A program made the position numbers and the translations under genes. Positions 26,426-40,000 of a stretch of 64,000 bases of DNA are shown one piece after another. Each line of letters starts with the position of its first letter. The first letter of the stretch is position 1. Source of the DNA: Octopus vulgaris (taxonomy: Eukaryota). The DNA is taken from contig OX597814.1 of the NCBI GenBank assembly GCA_951406725.2, forward strand, positions 62,806,001 to 62,870,000, given 5' to 3'. The notes beneath the pieces were generated by a model. The model was not told the DNA's origin and ran no database searches. It saw only the letters and a program-made list of their open reading frames with translations.

Positions 26426-27300
26426 GTATTTATGTATGTATGTACACACACGCGCGTTGTGTGTGCATGCCTTTGCCTCCTGTTCAGCTCTGGTTGACCA
26501 GACCGATGATCAAATGAGGTATAACCATGGACAGCTTGTCCTTCCTATATCAACGGCCATAGGCTGAGGTTTTAGGAATACCTGGTTGCTATTTCTACCT
26601 GCTCGAGGCACAAGAAGTCGTTGCTTTTGTCGTTATTTAGCCTAGTGTCAGCCTATATACGTCATGCCAATAATTCAAAGCACTTCTTGTTTGACTGTTC
26701 CATCTTTTATGTCCACAAGTACATTATGCAATGCGTTCTCTCTTTTATGAGACTGTAGAGTGTGATTTAAGGGAGGACCAGCTGTTTTTTCTAGCATGCC
26801 GAGTGACTACTTTTCACCCCATCCGTCTTTGGCTCTCAAGTTCTATTATTTATCACATGGGAAGTAGTATGGCTGTTTGGGTATCTTGGCTCTTGTTATT
26901 GTTTAACCCCAGGTATATCCCAATCAAGTACACAAATGATCAAATGCATTCCAGTCGTAACCATCCCGCCTCCATTCAGGCACGGTGAATATAGGACAAC
27001 ATTATCCTATATAAACATTTCCCGTGTTTTTTGTTTTGTTTTAATAAACAGTACGATTTAACATGATGTATATTTAGCTGCTATTTCTAGTAGGTCCGGC
27101 AAACGAGTAGATTTTCCCGTTTGTTATTTTTGCTGGTGGTTATTGTGTAGCTTCAGGTCAGCCCTAATCGCGTAGAATATCTTTAAAACTTGCTCAGGTG
27201 TGAACATCCCATCTTATCTTTTCTTTTCAGGCACAGTATATCTTGGAGTATACTATTTAATGAGTATCTCTTTTCCTTTTTATTTTTTAAAAACAATAGT
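24030..27300 (+). repeat. Cluster of old diverged copies of an unclassified ~200-bp repeat
   Basis: Recurrent ...CAAAGGC.TTCCA.C.GTGACCAT.CC... and GATTTGGCTGCTATTTCTAG motifs at about 24070/24180, 24505/24605, 26580, 26770, 26945/27075 and 27730. Also present near 13.7 and 14.6 kb, and inverted near 18.96 and 44.57 kb. Confidence 0.55.
25743..26078 (+). mobile_element. SINE family B, dimeric or rearranged copy
   Basis: Two successive ACGTTCTGAGTTC...CCGAGGTCGACTTT.CCTTTC blocks. Confidence 0.8.
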
Positions 27301-27305
27301 CCACA

Positions 27306-27712
27306 GGCGCAGGAGTGGCTGTGTGGTAAGTAGCTTGCTAACCAACCACATGGTTCTGGGTTCAGTCCCACTGCGTGGCATCTTGGGCAAGTGTCTTCTG
27401 CTATAGCCCCAGGCCGACCAATGCCTTGTGAGTGGATTTGGTAGACGGAAACTCAAAGAAGCCCGTCATATATATGTATACATATATGTCTGTGTTTGTG
27501 TGTTTGTGTTTGTCCGATGCTTGGTGTGTTTACGTCCGATGCTGGTGTGTTTACGTTTCCGTCACTTAGCGGTTCGGCAAAAGAGACCGATAGAATAAGT
27601 ACTGGGCTTACAAAGAATAAGTCCCGGGGTTGATTTGCTCGACTAAAGGCGGTGCTCCAGCATGGCCGCAGTCAAATGACTGAAACAAGTAAAAGAGTAA
27701 GAGTAAAGAGAG
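27306..27712 (+). mobile_element. SINE family A, full length, with possible AGTCCA target-site duplication (TSD)
   Basis: Reverse-complement match to 6704-7115. AGTCCA occurs at 27298 and 27711. Confidence 0.9.
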
Positions 27713-29419
27713 TCCATAAACTGAGAGAGATTTGGCTGCTGTTTCTCACACATCAACATACCAGATAGAGGCTCTAATTAGCGTTCGGTATTTATTTGTA
27801 TAATAATAGCCTCAAGATGTCGGGCGATATGGATTATTTATCTGATCGGAGTTTGACAGTATCTTGTTCTCAGTATTGTTGTATGTGTATCCCAACATAC
27901 TGTTTAGTTATTGATGTCGCTGCTATTTGTCTGTTAGTCGAATCTGAGCGGAAAGGATAGCAGTATTCATAAGATACCGTTGTACAAAGTTACGATGTGC
28001 TGTTGTTGAGGCATCTGGGTGATGGGAGGTGAATGTAGATGAATGCAGTGGTAGAGACAGAACATTGTGGGACGAAGCTTTATTTATTTACTACGGTAGT
28101 GCACTAAACATAGACATTTTATTTTTGTTTCTCTGTGTTGGTAGGTGGTCTGTTTGTTAGGTCTTTCTGTGTAGCTGATTGAGCCTATCTATCAGCGATA
28201 GCTTTGCTAAGTATAATTAGCAGTAAGCCTCTCAAACTAACTAATCTCTACCGTCTTAATAAGAACAGAATGACTACTACAACACTATCGTAAAAATTAA
28301 CGTGATTTGTAAATAGTAAACAATCGACAGAAAACGATATACATCATGTATATACAGTTCCAGTACAACCGTAGAAGAAACAGAGGCACGATAATCCATG
28401 CATAAGCTTAATACATTTTCCCCTTCATTTCTTTTGTTCGAACTCTTAGATAATCAGATATTCAGTCCCTCGACCGTTCCTACCCTCTCTCTCTCCGCTT
28501 ATCTCAGTTACTGTTACGGTATACAATGCTCTACATTTGTAGATAGGAAACATTCTCATTCCAGCTCGCTTACAGACTCTAATACACTTACAAACACAAA
28601 CACAAACTTACTCGCACATATACATACACATGTTAACAAGTGTATGCTCATGCGTATTCTGTTGTCCAATAATATTTTCGTAGTTTTTTTTCATATTCTA
28701 TGTTCATTTCTACTTTTTTTTTGATTTTTGAAATGGTTTCATCATACAAAGAAAGGCAGAGTCTATCTCCAATATCGGGGACCCTTAATGAGAATATTAA
28801 GGGTCTCCTAAAAATGAAAATATTTACGATAGAAGGGAGAACGTTATTCTTTCACGAAAGACCTGCAATAAAATTGATTCTGCTATAAAACCCAAACGAT
28901 TCGTTGGTGGTATTAAAATGGGCAACAGATTAAATCTGCCACTAAAAATTAGGGTCAGCAGTCCCCATGACGGATTTCCACAGAGTTTATGTGTACCCAT
29001 TTTTTAACTACACGTCTGTGACTGCGACCAGTCGTTGTTGGAACAGATTAGATCAGTAGTTCTGAACCGGGGTCCACATGATCCTTGGGCGTCCACATAA
29101 GATTTTACTGTTAACATTTAGATGCAATATATTGGTTACAAAACACAAAATATTTCAACAAGTTTTTTTATACAATTCCTAATCATATTTTAATTATAAA
29201 AATATAATGGGATATTTTTATACATCGAAGGTTACAAATATTCGGACCAAGTTCCGGGTAGGGGATTATCATGACTTAATTACATTCCGACACCCCTTGA
29301 ACGCTCTCAGCCGCCAAAACACATCTTAATTAGCTGTATAATTACCACCCGTTTCTGTAATATCAGTAGAATCCAATCTAAGTTAGACACCCAAGTATCA
29401 CTTCATAATAATATGAATA

Positions 29420-29600
29420 ATCTTTTCTATTAAAGACATGAGATCTGATTGGGGGGGGGGGGGGGTAAGTTGATTACATCGGCCCCAGTGCACAACTGGT
29501 ACTTATTTTTATCGACACCGAAAGGATGAAAGGAAAAGTCAACCTTGGCGGAATTTGTACTCAGAACGTAAAGACAGAAATGTCGCTAAGTGTTTTGCTC
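29420..29600 (-). mobile_element. SINE family B (partial)
   Basis: GGTACTTATTTTTATCGACACCGAAAGGATGAAAGG...CTCAGAACGTAAAGAC. Confidence 0.75.
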
Positions 29601-29961
29601 ACGAACACAACGCATCGCCCGGTCCAGGAATCGAAACTGCACCCTTGTGATCATGTGTCCAATACTCTAACCACTTGACCTCGCGCTTCCATTTTTAATG
29701 ATATAAAAATAACAACACATTCTTTTACTTTTCGAAACGGTTTCTATCCAAAAGAATCTCTGCCAACTTAGTAGAACCCTCTACTGCTTGAACTGCAAGA
29801 GTTCGATAAGCAACACTCGAGCAGGAAAAGCATCCGCATTCGCTGTTCGCCTTTCTTTCAATTCCACACTGCATACATGATGTAAATGTTCCCCCAAACT
29901 ATTCCTTTTAACCATCATACACACATACACACCAAATTTGAAAGTATCTCTTATCGCTTAA

Positions 29962-30180
29962 CCCTCTAGCGTTTAAACCGACCATATCCGGCATAAATAT
30001 TCTACTTGTTTTGTGTTCAAACATGCCAGATCTGGCTTCTCACACCTAACCCACAATATCATTGTAAAAATAAATAAGTCACAGTGTCAAAATTTCAAAG
30101 CTATGAGATAATGCACAATTAATTCGAAGCAATGTGAATAAACAAGTAATACATTCGTCTGAGTAATGTGAATGCTAAAC
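29962..30180 (+). mobile_element. piggyBac-like MITE (second copy 42776-42983, opposite orientation)
   Basis: Starts TTAA-CCCTCTAGCGTTT and ends ...GAATGCTAAA. The internal sequence matches the reverse complement of 42776-42983. Confidence 0.6.
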
Positions 30181-30782
30181 CAGCAAGACAACAGGATCTA
30201 AGGATGTGGGGGTTTTTTGCCGCCCAAAAATGCATATTGTATAGCTACACACAGAATAGAATACAATCACACACACTTGTGTACTACACACCATTACATG
30301 AAAACAAGTTTATCCAACATACGTTCACAAATACATCCACACTAATTCATATTCACAAATCTATGGAATTGTCGTAACGTAAACAAAAATGTCTTTTCAC
30401 ATTGTGATCAGCTTCAATTCTTTGACGAATTTGAATAAAACCAACATAGTTATTGCAGCATTTTGTCAGATGAAGGTCGTCTTAGCATAAACCACTTTCT
30501 GAGTATCAATTGTTAAGTATTCAGTGATAAGAGGAATAAGTTGACAGTTTCATTGCTCAGACAAAGCTAAAAATACATTTTAAGATAATGAGGTACGTAT
30601 CCTCCATTAGAAACCAACCTGGTATTTATCTCTTTAGCATACATATGCCATGCGTACGTACATGCATGCATGGATGTATGTATACCTATCGACTTTCAGC
30701 ATCCATCCATCCATCCATTATACACATAAATACACACACACACACACACACACATACATACATACATACATACATACATACA

Positions 30783-30813
<31 letters not shown>

Positions 30814-31184
30814 TAGGCTTTCGGTTTTCGTCTGCTAAATTCTCATAAAGTAATGGTCAACATTGAGACTATCGCAAAAGACCAACCCAGAACGATATGC
30901 TTACGAAACGAAATTATTAACCACATAGTTTACAACCTGCGTCTATACACTTACTCTAATCTCAACGGTCAAGTTCAGTTAGATTTAAATAATTAGTGTT
31001 GAGTGGTACACTTCTCTCATTGCTTGCTGTCATAGTCAAGTGACTTGTTCCGTTTTTCCAATTGTAGTTGCTTTGTTTTGCAGCTTGCCAAACATTTAGT
31101 TTCAGAAACAGATTCATATTACGAAAAAAAAAAAAAAAAAGAAAACAAAAAAAAGAAGAGAAAGAGTAGCGTATGAGTGGAGAC

Positions 31185-31254
<70 letters not shown>

Positions 31255-31257
31255 GAT

Positions 31258-31410
31258 CTATTATAGGCCTGAAATTTGCGGGGAGGATGAAAATCGATTA
31301 CATCGACCCCAATGCGCAACTGGCTTATTTAATCGACTCCGAAAGGATGAAAAGCCAAGTCAACCTCAGCGGAATTTGAAGTCAGAACGTAGCGACGGGT
31401 GAAATACCGC

Positions 31411-31412
<2 letters not shown>
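31258..31412 (-). mobile_element. SINE family B (partial) between (AAT)n tracts
   Basis: ATCGACTCCGAAAGGATGAAAAGCCAAGTCAACCTCAGCGGAATTTGAA. Confidence 0.8.
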
Positions 31413-31455
<43 letters not shown>

Positions 31456-33688
31456 TAATAATAATAATAATAGTATCAACAACAGCAACAATGTTTCTAA
31501 TATAAATACAAGAAAACAAATTTGAGGTGCAGAGTTTAGTCGATTAAATTGACTCCGTACTTGACTGTTTACTTTACTTTATGACCCTGAAGGGATTTAA
31601 ATTCAGTACGAAAAGAATCGGAATAAATACTGTAAACAGTTATTTCCGGCGCTCGAATAATTGCGTCAATCCACTGACAGTAATATTATTGTTTCTTTTA
31701 ATGGCCATAAGTGCCCAAACACACGTGTAAAACATGACATTCGAATTGGGTTACAACATGAGCGGATGTACATATAAATGCATATGCACCCCCAACCCCA
31801 CACACACATACACACTAAACACATATATTAACGAGTTTGGGCCAAAATGTAGAACAATATATTAAAAACAAATTAAAAATTAGGTGCGCGTACCCACGCA
31901 CATATACACAAAAAGGGCAACCTACTCGCCAAGAGTCCCGTAGCAGTATCCTGTATATGACTAAATTGCTTTTGGTAGTGGGTAGGGGAGTCTCTAATTC
32001 AGGAGTTCCAGGGTTTTCAGGAATGTGGAACCATCTCTCATTTACTGACTTTTACTGGTCTTTTCTGACCCGAGGTAGCAACATTTGTGAAGGTCCCAGC
32101 TATGAGTTAAATAGCGTATATCCACCCGAGCCAGGGTGTGTTGAATTATTTTGGCAATGGATTTATTAAATCAATGGCGAATGTCATTGTAAGCTGATCG
32201 AATGAACAGACAACAAACTGCAACGGCCAAGTTCAACCATTTCAGTATGTGAACTGCTATCATCTGTAGTTGTGGCGTGCACAGTTGAGATATTTCAGCT
32301 AGCGAAAAACCAAGGTGACGTTCATAACACATTGCACGATCAAGATATCTGATGTGGAAAAGTTGCATTGGTCCGGGCAAGTCGCACAATCGAATGATGG
32401 TGATGTGGTAGGCGCAGCTTTAAACGTGAATTGAGAGGTGAGTTTATTTGGCCAAAACACGAAGTCTACCACAACTTCTGAGAAATATCCCAGTAACTCT
32501 ATGTAGGCTGGTGGTGTGGTTTCCTCCTACAGTTTTTCTCACTTTAGGGTTTTTTCTATTCGTCTCCTATTTTCTTTTCAATCAATACATCATCTTTCTC
32601 TTCTCACTCCAGTCTCGCAGCAGTTCATTACGCTCTTTTCTTTTAGATGACCGTGGGTCTTATATATTTCATGGTCTGGGACGTCTTTCTTCAAAGGATC
32701 TTTCAACCTCTTACATGCTTTACATTATTTTTTGTTTTATTGTTATGTTTCTCTTGACTTCAGCAGTTTCTCCAGCATTCATTGGCTCTCTATCACCACG
32801 AGATGATGGGGTGAGACTATTGCTCGTAGCCTCTCTAGCCTTTGATGGAGAAGAACACTTAATTTCTTGGTGTCTTACCGCGTCGGTTCTGGTGCTGGTG
32901 GTTGGTGGTATTATGATTAAAGCGATTTCTTTTCGCTCGGCTCAAGTCATCCTTGGAGGTTTCGATTACCATCTCCTGGATAGAGAACCCTACAGAGGTC
33001 TTTGCTAACTGACGTGAAGCAACTGAATCCTCTACCGTGCAGCACAAATCTTACTGACTATTCTCCGCTCTCACAATAGTGTACAACTTCGAGATAGCCC
33101 TGTGGTCATCGAAGGTCATCAAAATCTGGAGCTCACCGTATCTGAACCACACCATATCTTTCACCACATGGTCGTACTGCTGCACAAAGGTGATGGCAAA
33201 GGCTAATGTTTGTGTCAGTATCTCTATCGATCTATCTCGTATTCTTGAGACCGATGTACTGCAAACGTGATTATAAAACCTGACGCTCTGCCTTTTTGAC
33301 TTCTTAGTCGTCGTTTCAAAATGATTTGAAAATAATTATTTTATTGTTTTGAGGCAACTGTTATCACAGCTATCGCGAACACCTTTTCGTGCTACTTCTG
33401 AGGAACTTTTGGATACGAGCAACAACACAAATGACTGTATGTCAATTACATACAGGTGGGTTAAAATATTTAAAAAGAAACATGGATTCTAAAATAAGGA
33501 GATGGACACTCAAACAATTCGAAAGCATTTTGTGAGTGTAAATTTGTTACAAATAATATTTGGTGTTTAGGACATGATAGTAACAAAGAATAAAATCATA
33601 AACATTATATCCGGGTTCACAAATCTACATACATCCTACAAAAGATTGCTATATACTATATAACAAGCACCACCACCATCACCACCAG

Positions 33689-33807
<119 letters not shown>

Positions 33808-34210
33808 CGCCATGTAACCTGACTAGACACAATACATGTCGCACATAACCGTCTTAATACATTTAAAGAACTTATACAGTAGCATATATTACTCAATTAC
33901 ATCATCTCACAGAATAATAAAAGCGTCTATGTACGCACGCACATACATATATGTTTGTGTGTATGTGTGTGTATACACACACAAGCATATATGTATGCGT
34001 GTGTGTGTGTATATACACACACATACACACACACACACACACGCTCACGCACTAGCATATACATGACTTGGTGTGTTTAGACCTTTCTGTCTACAGCGAG
34101 AAATTTTCTTCATGACAGAATACAGCAAATGGCTTTTTAATGCGTTTGAATTTGCCTGAAACATATTTGAAATGGTAACAAGTTTGTATGTGTATATATA
34201 CATATACATC

Positions 34211-34248
<38 letters not shown>

Positions 34249-34464
34249 CTTGTGCGCTCACACACACACACACACATATATATATATTAATAGTAATGGT
34301 ATGACAACAAAAGAATGATTGAGACTTTGATATTATGTAGATAGAGGAATGTATCTGTAATATTATATGTGACAATTATTCGGTTGCCATTATAATTTCC
34401 GCCCTGACATCCGAAACTCGGAGTTTTATTATGGCAAACGAATAATTGTCACATATTATTATAT

Positions 34465-34525
<61 letters not shown>

Positions 34526-34730
34526 ACTGGAAAATGTATGAAATCCTTGGTACAGTTAGGTATACTTGAAAGACGAAAAGAACGACTTCACTGGTAGTTC
34601 TAATCAATATATTTTTTTGATAATATAATTTAATTTTACAGTTTGGTTTCAAACTGTAAAATCATATTAGAAATTAAATCGATTAGAACTACCAGTGAAG
34701 TCATTCTTTTATATATATATATATATATAT

Positions 34731-34881
34731 CACTATTACATGATCTCCCCTTGTTTCTGTCTGTGTTCCTTTCTGTGGAAGAGCGTAGGCTCGAAACGCT
34801 AAAGACTTTTTCAATTCCCAAGCGTTATACTAATACATATGTTTGTTTTCTACAGCACCTGTCTTCGTCGTTTTTTTTTTT

Positions 34882-34890
<9 letters not shown>
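34731..34890 (+). mobile_element. PLE terminal fragment of the GAGCGTAGGCTC family
   Basis: GAAGAGCGTAGGCTCGAAACG at 34778-34798 and downstream AGCGTTATACTAATACA...CACCTGTCTTCGTC match 60812-60980. Confidence 0.7.
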
Positions 34891-34956
<66 letters not shown>

Positions 34957-36051
34957 TATATATCAGAGAAGTTTGAAAACGCCACTATATAAGATAAATA
35001 TTAATTTTCTTACAGATTTTACGTTTCGGTTCTTCTTGAAAAAATATTTCAAAAATATTTTTAAAAGTTAAGTAAAATAAAAAAGTTCATAATTGTTTCT
35101 TACTAGTCTCATCAGAGTCCACGTAGTGGTGCTTTGTGTGGTGGGGGAGGATAATGGCTGTCTTGTGCGTTGACTAGATTCGTTGGCTGTAATTGTGGAA
35201 ACAACCAGCGGCCGAAATAGCAGTAGTAGCAGTGACTGTTGGTCGTAGTAGTAGTGACCGTGGTGGTGGTGGTGGTGGTGGTTGAAGTTGTAGCAGCAGT
35301 TCATTGGCTGTAGTAGTACACACACACACACACACACACACGTATATATAATCAAAGTAACTTAAGGGTTCTAGAAAAGAAAACCGATAGAGTACGTTCC
35401 AGGCTTAAAAGAAAAAAAAATATTAGTACTGGAGTTGATTCATTCGACTAAAGACCTCTCAGTGTGGGGATCCTAGCATGGCTGCAGTCCAATGACTGAA
35501 ACAAGTGAAAGACCAAAGAATGATAATGGTGTTTTAATGATGATAGTTTTAATGTCATAAACTTTAGGCGAGAGCGCAGTTAATTACATCGTCCCAGTAG
35601 TTCACTTATGCCTATTTCAATAACGGAAGGGTGGATGTCGAAGATGATTTCGGTGAAATTTAATCTCTGAGCATAAAAGAATGTAACTAAATATGTTGTA
35701 AAACTCCACCATCCCTGCTTATAACTGTCGTTTCGCATAGGGACATACATGTCGCTGTGTCAATTAGTTTGCCATTATGGCAAGCGGGAATGATAATCAA
35801 AACTAGCAGTTCATTGTTATTTAAAATTCTTAGGGCTTCATTTACATGTCAAACCGCTAATTTACTAAATTATTACATATTAGTTTCCATACAGACATAC
35901 AAACAAAAGCTAATAGAGCAAGTACATAAACCAAATGACAATCAGATTGTAACTATTACACAATTATATAAACACGAACATCGTCCTTGCTCACATACAT
36001 ACACACACTTAGACATATTTGTTTCGATATGTCTTTCTTATTACTACTAAG

Positions 36052-37180
36052 ACAGGGTGGAGCGGAGAGGACGAACGTTTTTGAAAAATTCACAAAATCA
36101 TTTATTTTAGCTGCAAACAACTTTTATTGACATCAATGTGTTTGTATTGAATTAGCACTTCAAAATCAAATGTTGGAAACAACGTCCATCATGTGGTGTC
36201 CGTTTTCATTGATGCATTTCTGAAGGCGTTCTTGGAAGTTAGCTTCCACACTCTCCAGCATTGCTCTGTCAATTTGGGCAACTTCCACGTGAATAGTTTC
36301 CTTCATATTGGCCGATGTACGGGGCTTATGCGCATACACACATGACTTAAGGTTTCCCCACAAGAAATAATCACAGATGGGCAAATCAGGGGACCAAAGG
36401 GGCCAAGGAATGTCAGCAAACCTGGGAACGAGGTGGTCACCGAAGTAAGGGCAAAGAACGTCCATTACTACTCTGGCTGTATGGCCGTCGCCCCATCCTG
36501 CTGAAACCACATACGTCGAATAGGCATACGTTTTCGTCGTAATTCAGGCACAAAGAAATTATCATCTCGATGTAAATCTCGGAGTTCACAGTAACAGCAT
36601 TTCCAATATTGTCTTTAAAAAATTGAAGATCAATGACGGCAGCTTTTCCAACAGCACACCAGACCATCCCTTTTGGGTTGTGCAGTGGTCTTCCGCGTAG
36701 TTCACTCGGATTTTTGGGAGCCCAATAACGACGGTTCTGTTGATTCACCGTGCCATTGTGATGAAAATGAGCTTCATTACTCGTTAACAAAATGAGGTTA
36801 TCATTTGACACAAAAATTGCTTCCATCTGACGTGCAAAGTTAAGCTGCTGTGCATAGTCCCATGGTTTCAATTTTGCCCAATGGACAATTTGTACGGGTG
36901 GAAATTCCAGTCTTCATGCAAAATATGCCATACCGATCGATTACCGATGCCAAGTTCAGTGGAAAGCCTCCGAGCAGAGCGATTCGGACTCCGTATCAAA
37001 GCTTATCTGACGCGTTCCTCATTTTCCGTAATGTTCGTGACGCTGCCACCAGTCTCCTATTCATTTGCGTGCCTCGTGTACGAAGTGCATTCACCCAACG
37101 TAAGATTGTATTACGGGTGGAAACAGCCTGATTTCAGTAAATGTTGAAGTGACGCCTAGACTCACGATGTGAGACTCACT
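36052..37180 (-). mobile_element. Tc1/mariner rosa-type (DD41D) transposon with pseudogenised transposase (about 36166-37147)
   Basis: SNEAHF..NG.VN.QN.RYW...NP......LH.PK..VWC, then WFQQDGAT(A)HTAR...WPLWSPDLPICDYFLWG. After repairing one frameshift there are 41 residues between the second and third D. CAGGGTG terminus at 36053. Confidence 0.9.
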
Positions 37181-37440
37181 GTGACAAACTCGTTATTCTT
37201 CACTTAACAGTTGTAGGCAAACACAGCGCCATGGCTTCCTCTGAAAAGAAAAAGAAAATCGAAATAAAAGACGTATAAAAAAACTGCATATATGTGTTTG
37301 TGTGTTTGTGTGTGTGTATATATATATACATACACACACATACATATATATATATGTATACATATATAAACACATATAAATATACATATATACATATATA
37401 GTATATATACATATATACTATATATATGTATGTATGCATG

Positions 37441-37470
<30 letters not shown>

Positions 37471-37471
<1 letters not shown>

Positions 37472-37623
37472 GGCTGTGTAATAAGTAGCTTGCTTTCCAA
37501 CCACATGGTTCCGGGTCCAGTCTCACTGCGTGGCACTTTGGTCAAGTGTCCTCTACTATAGCTTCGGCCTGACCAAAGGCTTGTGACTGTATTTAGTAGA
37601 CGGAAACCGAAAGAAGCCCGTCG

Positions 37624-37670
<47 letters not shown>

Positions 37671-37820
37671 TTGTCACCCCAACATCGCTTGACAACTGAT
37701 GCTGGTGTGTTCACGTCCCCGTAGCGTAGCGGTTCGACAAAAGGGGATCCGACAGAATAGGGACTAGGCTTACAAAGAATAAGTCCTGAGGTCGATTTGC
37801 TCGACTAAAGGCGGTGCCCC
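37471..37820 (+). mobile_element. SINE family A, 3' tail interrupted by the hammerhead-bearing insertion
   Basis: Matches the 27306 copy up to CTAAAGGCGGTGCCCCAG, where similarity stops. Confidence 0.85.
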
Positions 37821-38076
37821 AGGAAGACATCTCCTCGAGCTGGCTATTGACACACTGTCTTTTCGTCACTGGAAAAAGTATATGTATTTGCATTCAGAAT
37901 CACTTCTCATCGCCAGCCGGTGGTTGTCATACGCTGATGACGGGTTAATACCCAGAAACTCGGGTCCGTGTGTATCACGTCAGGCTGGAGATGGGAACGA
38001 TGATTTCCCTTTGCAAATACTGATAGGGCACAGACAGTGTGTCAATAGCCAACTGGAGGAGATGTCTTCCTGGGGC
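37816..38076 (+). mobile_element. 261-bp non-coding element with 45-bp terminal inverted repeats and an internal hammerhead
   Basis: 37816-37860 and 38032-38076 are inverted, and the ORF track shows RQCVNSQLEEMSSWG on both strands. Confidence 0.75.
37929..37971 (+). ncRNA. Minimal type I hammerhead ribozyme motif
   Basis: ATACG-CTGATGA-CGGGT(TAAT)ACCCA-GAAACTCGGGTC-CGTGT: intact CUGAUGA/GAAA core, stems I and II, GUC cleavage triplet. Confidence 0.75.
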
Positions 38077-38373
38077 TATAAACTACAGTAGCAGCGTCAT
38101 TAATGGGTCAACCTTTTTATGTGGCAAATATACATCACGATGTCGTGCTGCAAATGTTTAAATCTCGCTCAGAGATTTATTATTGCTACACACGCATATA
38201 TATAAAGTTCAATCTGACGACTCCACTAGAGTGGACGCAAGCGCTAATATATGATATATATGATTTATAAAAACATGTGACATATTAATAAATATCGGTA
38301 AATATAAAACCAACCGGATTTCTGAGTACCTCATTTCTTCTAATATATAATACATGTACATCATCTCTAAACC

Positions 38374-38445
<72 letters not shown>

Positions 38446-39407
38446 AGTGTGCGTATGTATATATATATATATATATATATACAAATGCATATATATATGT
38501 ATGTATGTGAGTGTGTGTGTGTGTACAAAAATAACAACGTGTATTTATTGTTTATATATTTGAGATTGTTATATATTTGTTCTGATGAATCAGTCATTCT
38601 AACTCTAATCCAAATTTCTTCTCTTTCTCTGTGTTTCTTTCTCTCCTTTTTTCTCCATGTGAATACACATTACCTTCGAACAACTTCAGATTATAGGTCT
38701 TCAGCTTGCTTTATTCGTCATTACTAAGGTCATGTTGGAGTATCATCTTCCATTAGATATATTAAATATATACGACTGATGACAGATCACAGCGTGCACG
38801 TGTGTATGTGGTGTGGTGTGTGTGTGTGTGTGTGTGTATGTGTGTGTGTGTGTGTGAAATCTGACTGCGTGTGCGTGTTTGTCTGATCCGTGTGCTGTGT
38901 GCTGCGTGTGCACGAGTGAACGTTTTCAGTATAAATCATCGTAGTGAATATGTGTTGAAGAGAAAGCTATCTTTTGTTGATATCTGTTTCCCGTTATGCT
39001 TGCTACTGACAAGAAATATATCAAAATACTTTAAATGCTTGCTGCTAGAGCTGTTTATAGACAGACGATAAAGACAGAGAGGCAAATAAGCGTGACAAGA
39101 CGCAAACAAGCAACAAGCACGCAATCTCGAAACGACGTGATCGTCACTGTGTAAAAATTGAATGTTATTCGATTGCAGTAATCAATTCACTTGTTTCTTC
39201 CGTCATTTGAATACATGTGAAAATAATCTGACATAACCAGACATGTAAAGAAATAAATATGAACTGAAAAACAAAAACGGGCGTGTATGAAGATACTCAT
39301 ATAAACATAGATATATATACGCACGTAAATATACATATGTACTCAGCCAAAGATACACACACAAAAGAATACATATGCACACACATCTCAAAAGTAAATA
39401 GACAGCC

Positions 39408-39695
39408 TCATTTTTGAAAGATATATTTCTCCTTTCTTCTTTGGGTATCTGCAGGTCGAGAAATAGATTTCCTTTTAGTTGTTCTGGCAAGTTGATGAAA
39501 ATACTGCTCAGATGTACTCCGACCTATCTGGAGTTGGTCTGCAGCGCCAGCTGCCTTATAGCGGGGATTATTTTCAGCAATCCGCTTAACAGGTTTAAGA
39601 CACCTATCAGAGACCACATGTCGACCTGAGCGGGTTGCAGTTGATTCCCTTCCTTTGCAGGTGAATTGTACAATTACTCTGTTATCTGTGATCAT
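39408..39695 (-). pseudogene. Tc1-like transposase N-terminal (HTH) relic
   Basis: G..STA.RSGR..VVSDR..K.VKRI.E.NPR.KA...A..L.IGRST...Y.H resembles the Tc1 GRPR/HTH region. Confidence 0.5.
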
Positions 39696-39968
39696 AGGAG
39701 TACCAAGGTTTTGTGCAATATTACACTGGCTAAGTCCACTTCCAGATCGATCAACAATACATCTTTTAAAAATCAGAAATGTCTTTTACTTCTGGTGTTC
39801 GCGGCATGGCTAATTGCTACAAGCAATTAATGTACTATAACGCGAATCGAAATAATACATTAACAAGTCTGAAGCGTCAAATAGTGTCCACATAGATAAT
39901 AAACGGTGTAATGAGAGACATCTAATAACTTATGAGGCGTCTATTAACTTTTGAGATGTGTGTGTGTA

Positions 39969-40000
<32 letters not shown>

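Noticed and set aside
32448-33008. 186-aa hydrophobic ORF as a membrane protein
   Set aside because: It has a TTG start, and its hydrophobicity reflects the T-rich antisense of a purine-rich strand. No recognisable domain.
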